Shown here: piece after piece, positions 7,783-16,440 of the stretch
How the letters are laid out: each line of letters begins with the position of its first letter
Numbering within the stretch: the stretch's first letter is position 1
NCBI GenBank assembly: GCA_964568115.1
Contig: CAZMQE010000001.1
Location: 3,610 to 38,911 of the forward strand
Reading direction: 5' to 3'
Source: an uncultured Anaerolinea sp.
GTDB taxonomy: Bacteria > Chloroflexota > Anaerolineae > Anaerolineales > Villigracilaceae
Length of the DNA: 35,302 nt
Notes under the pieces: generated by a model
The model's input: the letters and a program-made list of their open reading frames with translations, nothing else
Databases searched by the model: none
Told to the model about the DNA's origin: nothing
Translations under genes and position numbers: made by a program

Positions 7783-9459
7783 CTATCGAATCAACGAGCG
7801 CACCTCATCCAGGAACTCATCGTTGAGAAAATCGCCCTTGGTCATCAGCGATTGGATCTGACCTTGTAGGCGGCTTTTCTCGTCCACGGTCAACTCTTTG
7901 GCAGTAGCAACGATCACGGGGATGTTGGCAGTATCAGGATTGCTGCGTAAGGCATCCAATACGGCGAAGCCATCCACTTCCGGCATCATCAGGTCAAGGA
8001 TCACAAGATCGGGGTGTTCCTTGTTCACCAGTTCGATGGCTTCACGTCCATTGGTGGCTTCAAAGATCTCGAAGTCACCTTGTGATTGGAGAATGCGTCG
8101 GATGAGACGCCGCGCCTCAGGGGTATCGTCAACAATTGCCACACGCGAGAAGCGGTTTGGCGTCACATTGTTCAGGGCGGAGAGCAAACCTTCCTGCGGA
8201 GTCTCAGTCGGTTCTTCTTTGGGACGCAGATCTACATCACGGGTCCAGCCTTCGCCAAAGAGGAATGACTCAGCGGGTAAGGTATGACCGGTGCAGTTCA
8301 CAACCACAGTATCAGTGGGTTTAATGATTCCAGCGCGCACTAGTTTGAATAAACCTGCAAATGCCACACCTGAGGCTGGTTCGGCTGAGATGCCTTCCAT
8401 CTTTGCGAGCACATGCATCGCGCGGAAGGCGTCTTCATCGCTTACGCTTTCGAATACGCCGCCGGTTTCGTTAACCTGACCACGTAACATCACATAGGTT
8501 CTGCCGGGGTCACCAGTGGCAAGGGTCTCGATGCGTGTCTTGGGGGAAAGCACTGGCTCAGCTTTTTCCAAACCTTTTTTCCAGCTCAACACCATGGGCG
8601 CACAGCCTTCAGCTTGAATGGGTCCGATCGCAGGGATGCGGTCGATTAACCCGAGTTCTTTTAATTCATGAAAACCCTTATAAACGCCAAGCGGTCCCAT
8701 GCCGCCGCTGATCGCCTGGATGTACCAATCAGGCGTGCGCCATTTGGGAGCTTCCTTGGTAGAGCCAGGGGGCGGTCCCATGTGCAACGTCAATTGCTCT
8801 GCGATCTCATAGGCGATCGTTTTCATCGCTTCCACGGCGGTGACGGTACGGGCGCCCATATCCTGATACAAACCGCGTTGACGCGCAAACTCCGCAGCGA
8901 CTTGCTTTGCCTGATCGTAGGAACCTGTGATCTTCACCACCTGACTCCCGTACAAGGCGATCTCACGCATCTTGACGCCCGGAACGAGGCTGGTGACGAA
9001 AGCCCAAAGCTTGATCCCAGCCCGAGCCGCGTACGCCGAAAGCGCGATCGCCACGTTGCCTGTGGAGGCGGCAACCATTTCAGTGACGCCACCTTCCTTA
9101 AGCGCAGCAATGGTGACAGCCGCCTGGCGGTCTTTGAAGGATGATGTGGGTCCCTGGCGTTCGTCTTTGATAAATAGGTTTGGTAAACCCAGCATCATTC
9201 CCAAATTGGCGGCTTGAATGAGCGGTGTGCCGCCTTCACCGAGGCGGAGTGTGGGATTTGGATTGCGAATGGGTAACAACTCCCGATAGCGCCAAAGATC
9301 AAATTGACGATCTTTAAGCTCTGATGGAAATGTTTTCGCAACTTCAGCCATGTCATATTGGGCTTCGCGCCATTGGCTATTGCATTGGGGGCAATGCATG
9401 GAGCTAGGTATAAACGGCGCTGCATGACCGCAATCCAGACATTTGATAACAAAAGACAT
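7783..9459 (-). CDS. Threonine-synthase-like PLP enzyme (fold type II) with N-terminal Zn-ribbon, fused to a C-terminal receiver (REC) domain
   Basis: CxxC...CxxC, LWRYRELLP, LGEGGTPL, PTSSFKDR (PLP lysine), ASTGN, EGISAEPAS and CTGH, then REC: IVDD...LVILDLMMPEVDG...VATA...TKG. Confidence 0.88.
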   Translation of the reverse strand: MSFVIKCLDCGHAAPFIPSSMHCPQCNSQWREAQYDMAEVAKTFPSELKDRQFDLWRYRELLPIRNPNPTLRLGEGGTPLIQAANLGMMLGLPNLFIKDERQGPTSSFKDRQAAVTIAALKEGGVTEMVAASTGNVAIALSAYAARAGIKLWAFVTSLVPGVKMREIALYGSQVVKITGSYDQAKQVAAEFARQRGLYQDMGARTVTAVEAMKTIAYEIAEQLTLHMGPPPGSTKEAPKWRTPDWYIQAISGGMGPLGVYKGFHELKELGLIDRIPAIGPIQAEGCAPMVLSWKKGLEKAEPVLSPKTRIETLATGDPGRTYVMLRGQVNETGGVFESVSDEDAFRAMHVLAKMEGISAEPASGVAFAGLFKLVRAGIIKPTDTVVVNCTGHTLPAESFLFGEGWTRDVDLRPKEEPTETPQEGLLSALNNVTPNRFSRVAIVDDTPEARRLIRRILQSQGDFEIFEATNGREAIELVNKEHPDLVILDLMMPEVDGFAVLDALRSNPDTANIPVIVATAKELTVDEKSRLQGQIQSLMTKGDFLNDEFLDEVRSLIR

Positions 9460-9505
9460 AAAACGATCCCTCTGTAATTTTTGACTTTGCAGATCGGGTT
9501 ATAGA

Positions 9506-12500
9506 TTACCCAATGCGCTTTAATGCATTTTCAATGCTCGCGATCAATTCATCTTCCTTGAGTGAGCCTTTGGCGATTAACCGTTGCCCATACTCTGCAA
9601 GTTGTTGATGTTGTTCGTTCGTCAAACCACCACCGCTCACCACCAATACAGGTATCTCTCTTAATGCCGGGTTTTCGCGTAATTTCTCCAGTATTGTAAA
9701 CCCATCCATCTCAGGCATAAAGATATCGAGGATGATGGCATCCGGTGGGTTGATACTGAGCGCTTCCCAGCCTTTGCGGCCGCCTTCCACTAAGATCGTC
9801 TTATACTGTCCATGATTCTTTAGGATCTTTTCGATCAGGCGCAGGTCGTTGGGATCATCGTCTATGACCATGACCTCGCGAATGCTGCCGTCTTTGTTCA
9901 ACTTGTTTATGGCGTTGACGATCTCCTCTTCAAGGATCGGCTTGACTAAATAGTCTGAAGCGCCAAGGTTGAAGCCCTTGTCGGTTTGTTCCATGATGGA
10001 GCAGATGACGACAGGATAATGCCTGGTTTCAGGATCAGTTTTGAGCGAAGTAAGAACCGTCCATCCGTCTATGTTGGGCATCATAATGTCGAGGGTCACC
10101 GCGTAAGGCTTGAGTTCCAATATTTTTGCCTTCGCCTGGGATGGATCGGTGAGCGGCACCACATGATAGCCCTGTGAGTTGAGATAACGTTCGTAGAGGC
10201 TGGTCACTTGAGGATCATCGTCGATCGCCAGGATCACTTTTTTGTCGGTGGGGATTTCTTCAACCGGTTGGTGAAAAAGCGGAAGTGTGAACCAGAAGGT
10301 CGAGCCTTTGCCTTCAGCGCTATGCACGCTGATGCGCCCGCCGTGAAGTTGAACAAGGTTGGCGCAAATGGATAAGCCCAAGCCGGAACCACCGCTTTTG
10401 CGAGTGGCAGAACCATCCACTTGGGAGAAGGCTTTGAAGAGTTTTTCCTGACCTTCCTGAGAAATGCCGGGACCGGTGTCAATAACGTTGATGAGGGCTT
10501 CGGGTTTGCCGTTGGGTCCTTTTTGTACGAGGGCTTCGACAGTGATCGTGCCTTCATCAGTGAACTTGGATGCATTGGAGAGTAGATTGATCAACACCTG
10601 GCGGACGCGCATGGTATCGCCACGCACAGTGGGCATATCGGCGGGGATCTTTGCGACCAGATGGATCGGTTTTTCCTTGACCAAGCCTTTGGCGGTGGAG
10701 AGCACGCTGTTGACCATTTCGGAGAGTTTTACTTCTTCGAAGTTGAGTTCCATCTTGCCGGCTTCGATGCGGGCGAGGTCGAGGATGTCATTGATCAGAC
10801 CAAGGAGATGTTGACCGGAGTTGTAGATAGCGGTCAGGTCCTGATGCTGCATTTCGGTTACAGGTCCGTCAATGCCTTTGAGGATGACGCGTGAGAAGCC
10901 AATGATGGAGTTCAAAGGAGTGCGCAGTTCATGACTCATGTTCGCGAGGAATTGACTCTTGAGCTGATCCACTTCCTGGAGTTCTTTGATGAGTTCTTGA
11001 GAGCGTGAGTAAGATGCGGCGTTGTCGATGGCGATGGCAACCTGATCTGCCAGGGATTGCAACACGGAGAGATCGTCTTGTGAGAACGCGTCCAGATCTT
11101 TGGATTGAATGTCGATCACGCCCACGGTACGTTCTCCCACGCGGAGCGGGATGGTGGCTTCTGATTGGGTCTCCAGTAAAAGCGGATTGGGTTGGTATAA
11201 CGGCTCAATAGCAATATTATTTGCAAGTTTAGATTCGCCGGTATCGGCAACTCTGCCCACCATGGTTTGAGATCCCACTGAAATCGTATACTTTTGCGAT
11301 TTCATCTTCTCACCGGCTTCACCTTTTGCTTCACGCAAGACGGCGTGGAAGCCGGTCTCATCCAGGATGTAGATGGCGGCAAAGTAAAAGCCAAAGCGGT
11401 CGCTGATCAGGCTCACGGTACGGGTGAAGATCGTGTTCAAGTCCAGGGTGGAGGTCACGAGACGACCAATCTCGGAAGAGGCGGCGAGGTAGGTATTGCG
11501 TCGTTGCAGTGCCTGCTCAGATAGCTTGCGATCTGTAATATCCTGATGGACGGCTAGATAGCCGATCGTTTTGCCGGTTTCATCGAGAATCGGGCTGTTT
11601 GTGCCTGCAATCGGTATGAGGCGACCATCCTTTGTTCTATTGATGATCTCACCAGAGACTGTGCCGCCTGAAAGCAGGGTGCCCCAAAAGTTCTTATATT
11701 GCTCATCAGGGATTACACCTGATTTGATGATGCGGGGAGTATTGCCGATTGCCTCTGCGGGTGAATAGCCATATACTTTTTCGAAGGCTGGGTTGGCATA
11801 TTGAATCGTTCCATCTGTGTTCGTGATGAAGACTGCATTTTCAGAACGGTCAATGCCCAATTTGAATTTTTGGATCTCACGTTCGGCTAGGAAGCGTTCG
11901 ATTGCAGATGCAACCTGTGAGGAGATCACAGAAAGGATTTCCTTGTGCCTTTCTGTGATGCGGATGGTGTTATCGTACGTCTGTATGGCGATCACGCCAT
12001 TGACTACCTGCTTGGAACGCAGTGGTACACCCAACCAGTCCACACTGAGAGCGCCATCGCTAATAATTTCGCCGGAGGCTTCAAGATCGGCAAATATTTC
12101 AGGGGTTGTGCGTAGAGCTTTGCCTGTTCTAATGATGTAACTAGTCAGCCCTCTGCCAAGCCTGCGAGGTGACCAGTTATTGTCAACCTCATCCGCATAA
12201 TATGGGAAGTTGATCAGGTTTGTGGTCTGATCGTAAAGTGCAACATAGAAGTTCCTGGCAGGTAGAACTGACTTAATAGACTCGTGCACCGAGTGGATCA
12301 AGTCCTCAAGCGTTTTGGATGTGAGTGCGCTTTCAGAGATTTGTGTGACCGCAGCCTGAGTTAACTCATTTGTCTTGCGGTCAGTGATATCCTGCGAAGA
12401 GCCTGCCACTTTGAGTGCTTGACCTTTGGAATCATATTCCACTTTGTATATGGAACTGACCCAGATAATTCTGCCATCTGTGGTTCTGTAGCGAACTTCA

Positions 12501-14161
12501 GAGGTCACATCATTTCGGGTATTTTGACCCTCAATGGCATCCTGAACGGCTTTGCTCGCGACCGCGATATCTTCCGTTAAGACAAATTTTTGCAGTGCCT
12601 GCTCTAATGGAAATTGAAAACCGCCCTCCCGCTCTGCAGAAGTATTTAATAAGGATAGTAATTCCTCTGTAAACGTGATGGTTTGTGTCTGAAGGTCAAT
12701 TTCAAAATAACCGATGCGGGCAATGCGCAAAGCTTCTGAGAGCTGACCCTGACTTTCAGTCACATTTTGGAAGAGACGGGCATTTTGAATAGCGATGGCT
12801 GCCTGAGGGGTGAAAGCACGTACGAGTTCAGCAGACTCTTGGTTGTAGGCATTGGGTATATTCTCATCCAAAATGAGAATACCAACCACGTCAGAACCGA
12901 CCAGTAGCGGTGCGCCCAACCAGGAGCGAATTGAGGCTGTTTCAGGGAATACTTCCCAGCGCGAGTCATTGTATGTATCGCTAATGATGACTATATCTTG
13001 ATTTTTGACGATCTTGGAGATGAGCGCATCATCTTCTACTGGTCGCAAAAAAGCATCAGCAGGGATCTCAAGCGTTCGCGTGCGGTCTTTGTCTTTGCTT
13101 AGACCGCCGACTTGTTTGCGTTGTCCGTTTGGTTCGAGAAGTTGGATGGAGGCTGTGCTGAATGAAATCAGGCGGGGCAATTGTTCAAGAAGTTTTTGCA
13201 CAACATCATTCAAATTCAGAGAAGAACTTGCAATACGTGCCAATTCCGAAAGCGTATCTGCGATTCGACGGCGATATTGTTCCTGTTGGTATAGCTGGGC
13301 ATTTTGAATGGCGATGGCAGTCTGGCGCGAGAGGTTCGTTAAAAATTCAAGTTCAGCTTTTGTAAATTCACGACCTTCACCATTGCGCCAAATCGCGAGC
13401 AAACCAGTCACTTGATTGCCGGAAAGCACGGGGGTGCCCATTAAATGCTCAAAGGCATCCACCCGGTTAGTGCCGGCAATATCGATGCCATCGGAGATTT
13501 GATCGACATTGTTCATGATGGCCCCATTTTGCTGCATCACGATCTTCCCCAAAATACCTTCGCCTCGATTAATGATATCAGCCATAATCTCTTTAGCATC
13601 CAATCCAACGGCAGCGATGGCGCTCCAGGTTTCGCCCTGTCCATTGGGGAGGTACGCTGCAGCTGAGGTTGCATTCAACAGATCAGAGGCGTAGATCGTG
13701 ATGCGCTCAAGCACGGTTTGAAGATCGAGGGTGGCGGAAATTTCACGTCCCACCTCGGCAAGCGCGGTCATTTCCTGAGCACGGCGTTGGGTTTCCTGAA
13801 AGAGCCGGGCATTTTCGAGCGCCAACGAGAGTTGGTCGGTCACTTGTTTGACAAGTAATTGTTCTTCCTCGCTCCACTTGCGGTTCGTGGTCTCCTCGTC
13901 CATCACTTGTAAGGTTGACCAATTGTTTTGTCCAGTCTGGAAGGCAAGCGATAAGACCGTGTCTGTTTGGGTGGCAATTGCCTGGCGCGTTTCATTGGCA
14001 CGCGTGCGTTTGACCACAGGTTTTACCTCTGGTGCAGGTTGTGCCTGTTCAGGTGCCGAACTCTTTTTCGGGCGGGGTTTTGCTTCCGCGCTCGGCTCTT
14101 CGTGGGTTATATCGTCAAACAGCTTATTAAGCCGCTTGGCGATTGGCTTCTTCTTTGGCAT
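9506..14161 (-). CDS. Soluble hybrid sensor histidine kinase: partial GAF-GAF-GAF-PAS-GAF-PAS-GAF-HisKA-HATPase-REC-REC
   Basis: H-box FLANMSHELRTPLNSIIGFS, N-box QVLINLLSNASKFT, G1 DTGPGI, G2 GGSGLGL, receivers LDIMMP and LDIFMP. No transmembrane segment. AGGAG RBS favours ATG 14161, overlapping the parA end by 35 nt. Confidence 0.93.
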   Translation of the reverse strand: MPKKKPIAKRLNKLFDDITHEEPSAEAKPRPKKSSAPEQAQPAPEVKPVVKRTRANETRQAIATQTDTVLSLAFQTGQNNWSTLQVMDEETTNRKWSEEEQLLVKQVTDQLSLALENARLFQETQRRAQEMTALAEVGREISATLDLQTVLERITIYASDLLNATSAAAYLPNGQGETWSAIAAVGLDAKEIMADIINRGEGILGKIVMQQNGAIMNNVDQISDGIDIAGTNRVDAFEHLMGTPVLSGNQVTGLLAIWRNGEGREFTKAELEFLTNLSRQTAIAIQNAQLYQQEQYRRRIADTLSELARIASSSLNLNDVVQKLLEQLPRLISFSTASIQLLEPNGQRKQVGGLSKDKDRTRTLEIPADAFLRPVEDDALISKIVKNQDIVIISDTYNDSRWEVFPETASIRSWLGAPLLVGSDVVGILILDENIPNAYNQESAELVRAFTPQAAIAIQNARLFQNVTESQGQLSEALRIARIGYFEIDLQTQTITFTEELLSLLNTSAEREGGFQFPLEQALQKFVLTEDIAVASKAVQDAIEGQNTRNDVTSEVRYRTTDGRIIWVSSIYKVEYDSKGQALKVAGSSQDITDRKTNELTQAAVTQISESALTSKTLEDLIHSVHESIKSVLPARNFYVALYDQTTNLINFPYYADEVDNNWSPRRLGRGLTSYIIRTGKALRTTPEIFADLEASGEIISDGALSVDWLGVPLRSKQVVNGVIAIQTYDNTIRITERHKEILSVISSQVASAIERFLAEREIQKFKLGIDRSENAVFITNTDGTIQYANPAFEKVYGYSPAEAIGNTPRIIKSGVIPDEQYKNFWGTLLSGGTVSGEIINRTKDGRLIPIAGTNSPILDETGKTIGYLAVHQDITDRKLSEQALQRRNTYLAASSEIGRLVTSTLDLNTIFTRTVSLISDRFGFYFAAIYILDETGFHAVLREAKGEAGEKMKSQKYTISVGSQTMVGRVADTGESKLANNIAIEPLYQPNPLLLETQSEATIPLRVGERTVGVIDIQSKDLDAFSQDDLSVLQSLADQVAIAIDNAASYSRSQELIKELQEVDQLKSQFLANMSHELRTPLNSIIGFSRVILKGIDGPVTEMQHQDLTAIYNSGQHLLGLINDILDLARIEAGKMELNFEEVKLSEMVNSVLSTAKGLVKEKPIHLVAKIPADMPTVRGDTMRVRQVLINLLSNASKFTDEGTITVEALVQKGPNGKPEALINVIDTGPGISQEGQEKLFKAFSQVDGSATRKSGGSGLGLSICANLVQLHGGRISVHSAEGKGSTFWFTLPLFHQPVEEIPTDKKVILAIDDDPQVTSLYERYLNSQGYHVVPLTDPSQAKAKILELKPYAVTLDIMMPNIDGWTVLTSLKTDPETRHYPVVICSIMEQTDKGFNLGASDYLVKPILEEEIVNAINKLNKDGSIREVMVIDDDPNDLRLIEKILKNHGQYKTILVEGGRKGWEALSINPPDAIILDIFMPEMDGFTILEKLRENPALREIPVLVVSGGGLTNEQHQQLAEYGQRLIAKGSLKEDELIASIENALKRIG

Positions 14162-14912
14162 ATTCAATCAACTCCTGAGCTAGAACGCGATATTGTTGTG
14201 ACCCGCGGCTGGTTGGTCTATAGTGTGTGATTGGGACACCGGCGATCGGGCTTTCGCGCAGTTTTGTGTCCACTTCGATGACCGTGGTGAATACACCCTG
14301 TCCAAATGTGTTTTGCAGTTGTTCAAAGATATTGCGATGGGTGCGGTTACGGCGGTCCAACAAGGTCACCAGAATGCGGTATGCCAGATTTGGGTTTTCT
14401 TCCTGCCTGATGCGGCGGATGGTGCCCATCATGTTACGCAGTGCGTATGCCGAGAAGTATTCAGCCTGGGTGGGGATGATGAGCAGGTCTGCGGCGGCAA
14501 GTGCGTTGAGAGTGATCGCGCCGAGGGCGGGCGGGCAATCAAACAGGATATAGTCATAAGGAAGCGTATCCGCTTTCAGCGCGTCATGAAGCGTGCTGAG
14601 GTAACGCGTCCGCATGGGGAGGAATTGCTCGGCAGTTTCGATCCGAAAACTGGACGGGACAAGGTCAAGATTTTTAATATCTGTTTTGCGGATGGCGCTG
14701 CGCACCGATGAGTTTTCGATCAATATGTTCGCAGAGGTGACGGTGGACTCGCCAGTCTCTAGTCCGAGCGCCAGCGATAGATTCGCCTGTGGGTCGAGAT
14801 CAAATAATAAAACCCGGTAATTTAATTCAGCCAGCGCCGCACCCAGTGATAACGTGGAGGTCGTTTTGGCGACGCCGCCTTTTTCATTCGACATTGCGAT
14901 TGTATAAGTCAT
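14127..14912 (-). CDS. ParA/Soj-family ATPase (orphan, no parB in window)
   Basis: Deviant Walker A NEKGGVAKTT, DLDPQANLS, Walker B YDYILFDCPPALG, and a Soj-like C-terminus. Confidence 0.93.
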   Translation of the reverse strand: MTYTIAMSNEKGGVAKTTSTLSLGAALAELNYRVLLFDLDPQANLSLALGLETGESTVTSANILIENSSVRSAIRKTDIKNLDLVPSSFRIETAEQFLPMRTRYLSTLHDALKADTLPYDYILFDCPPALGAITLNALAAADLLIIPTQAEYFSAYALRNMMGTIRRIRQEENPNLAYRILVTLLDRRNRTHRNIFEQLQNTFGQGVFTTVIEVDTKLRESPIAGVPITHYRPTSRGSQQYRVLAQELIEYAKEEANRQAA

Positions 14913-14920
14913 ATTACACC

Positions 14921-16435
14921 TTACGCTTCGTTTCTTTCAGTGCCTTTGATGGCTTGTGGAATAACTTCCACGCGGCTGGCTCCCAAGGCGCTACGGAGTT
15001 CGTCGATCGCAGTTTGGATCATGGTCTGCGGGTCGGTATGACTGCGGATCTTGCTGGTGATATCAGATACGAGTCTTTCACGTTCTGCACGCGCGGTGGT
15101 TTCTTCGAAAAGGCGCGCGTTCTCGGCAGAGAGCGCCACGCGTTCAGCGACCGCCCGGATGAGGTCAAGTTGATCTTCGTTCCATTGATTTTCCGATGGA
15201 GACTGCACAACCAATGAGCCGATGACTTCACCGCGCAATGCGATCGGGACTACAGCCTGGGCTGTTCCTGTTTGTTTGCTTTTGTTTTTGCCTGAGCCTG
15301 ATTCTGCGATCGTGACAGGTTCTTTCAACGGCGCAGCGCCGGTTACGTTATAACGGTAGCCTAGCAATTTTTGCTGCTCCGGCAGGCGGTGCCAGGCATC
15401 GCGCGTATTTCTGCGGCTGACCATTTCAGATTCTGCCAGGGCTTTGCGAGAATCGTCAAAGATGCGTGCGTTGTCAATCGCCAGACTGACCTGATCGGCA
15501 AGCAGGCTGAGCATTTGAATATCCTCATCAGAAAACGCATTGGTTTCTGTGCTTTGCACATCCAATACACCCACAATGATGTTTTTGCTGATGAGCGGTA
15601 ACGCCATTTCGGAGTGGGTACCCGGCAGATCAGGGTTGGTGAAGAAGACGGCATCTGTACCTACATCCATGGCAATACGGGGTTTTGCGGTGGCGGCGGT
15701 GTATCCTACAATACCTTCTTCGCCCACTCGCAAGCGATGTTTTCTTTCAAGCATTCTCTGACCGCCTGGACTATTGGTGGCGCTTAGAATAGCAAATTGA
15801 TTGATTTCATCGAGCAGAAAGATACCCACATGATAAAAGCCGAACTTGTCACTGATCACTGTGGTGACCTGCGGCAGGAGTTGCTGAAGATCGCGAATGG
15901 CTGTAATGGTTTGTGTGACCTGTGCCAAGGCTTCGAACTGGGCTGCACGACGTTGAATTCTTATGTTGGCGTTTTCTAATTCATCTGAACGCGACTCTAG
16001 ATCTGATGTGCGCTCTGCTACGCGTTGCTCGAGACCGGTAATCAAATTGTGGATGTCGTTAGCCATACTGTTGAAGGTTATTGCCAGGTCATTGATCTCA
16101 TCTCGGGTATTTAATTCAATCCGCTCGTTCAGATTTCCGGCGGCAAAGTCTTTTGCACTTTTTGTGAGCTTGATGATCGAATCAGTTAATACTCTACCTG
16201 CGACGTAGCCAAAGGCAGTACCTATAAAGACTGCGAAAATGAAAACATAAATAGACTGGGTGACAAACTCCGTTCGAATCGCTTCACTAACTTCAGTGTC
16301 TAGGTTTGTATAAATTCCGCGGGCGGTGAGAAATGAAACAATGGCAGATAACACAGAGAAACCATAAATAAGCTTGGCTTGCAAACTAAAGAAATTGCGT
16401 TTGGCTTCCACAGGAGGTTGATTATTACTTTCCAT
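14921..16435 (-). CDS. Array receptor 1: 2 TM with very short loop, HAMP, GAF, mini-GAF, GAF stub
   Basis: HAMP (GNLNERIELNTRDEINDLAITFNSM). GAF FGFYHVGIFLLD...GIVG...FFTNPDLPGTHSEMALPL...VLDVQS. No output domain. Confidence 0.88.
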   Translation of the reverse strand: MESNNQPPVEAKRNFFSLQAKLIYGFSVLSAIVSFLTARGIYTNLDTEVSEAIRTEFVTQSIYVFIFAVFIGTAFGYVAGRVLTDSIIKLTKSAKDFAAGNLNERIELNTRDEINDLAITFNSMANDIHNLITGLEQRVAERTSDLESRSDELENANIRIQRRAAQFEALAQVTQTITAIRDLQQLLPQVTTVISDKFGFYHVGIFLLDEINQFAILSATNSPGGQRMLERKHRLRVGEEGIVGYTAATAKPRIAMDVGTDAVFFTNPDLPGTHSEMALPLISKNIIVGVLDVQSTETNAFSDEDIQMLSLLADQVSLAIDNARIFDDSRKALAESEMVSRRNTRDAWHRLPEQQKLLGYRYNVTGAAPLKEPVTIAESGSGKNKSKQTGTAQAVVPIALRGEVIGSLVVQSPSENQWNEDQLDLIRAVAERVALSAENARLFEETTARAERERLVSDITSKIRSHTDPQTMIQTAIDELRSALGASRVEVIPQAIKGTERNEA

Positions 16436-16440
16436 ATTGA

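Noticed and set aside
14127-14912. ParA as a sign of a plasmid, prophage or ICE
   Set aside because: No parB, rep, integrase, transposase or phage genes; the neighbourhood is chromosomal housekeeping and signalling.
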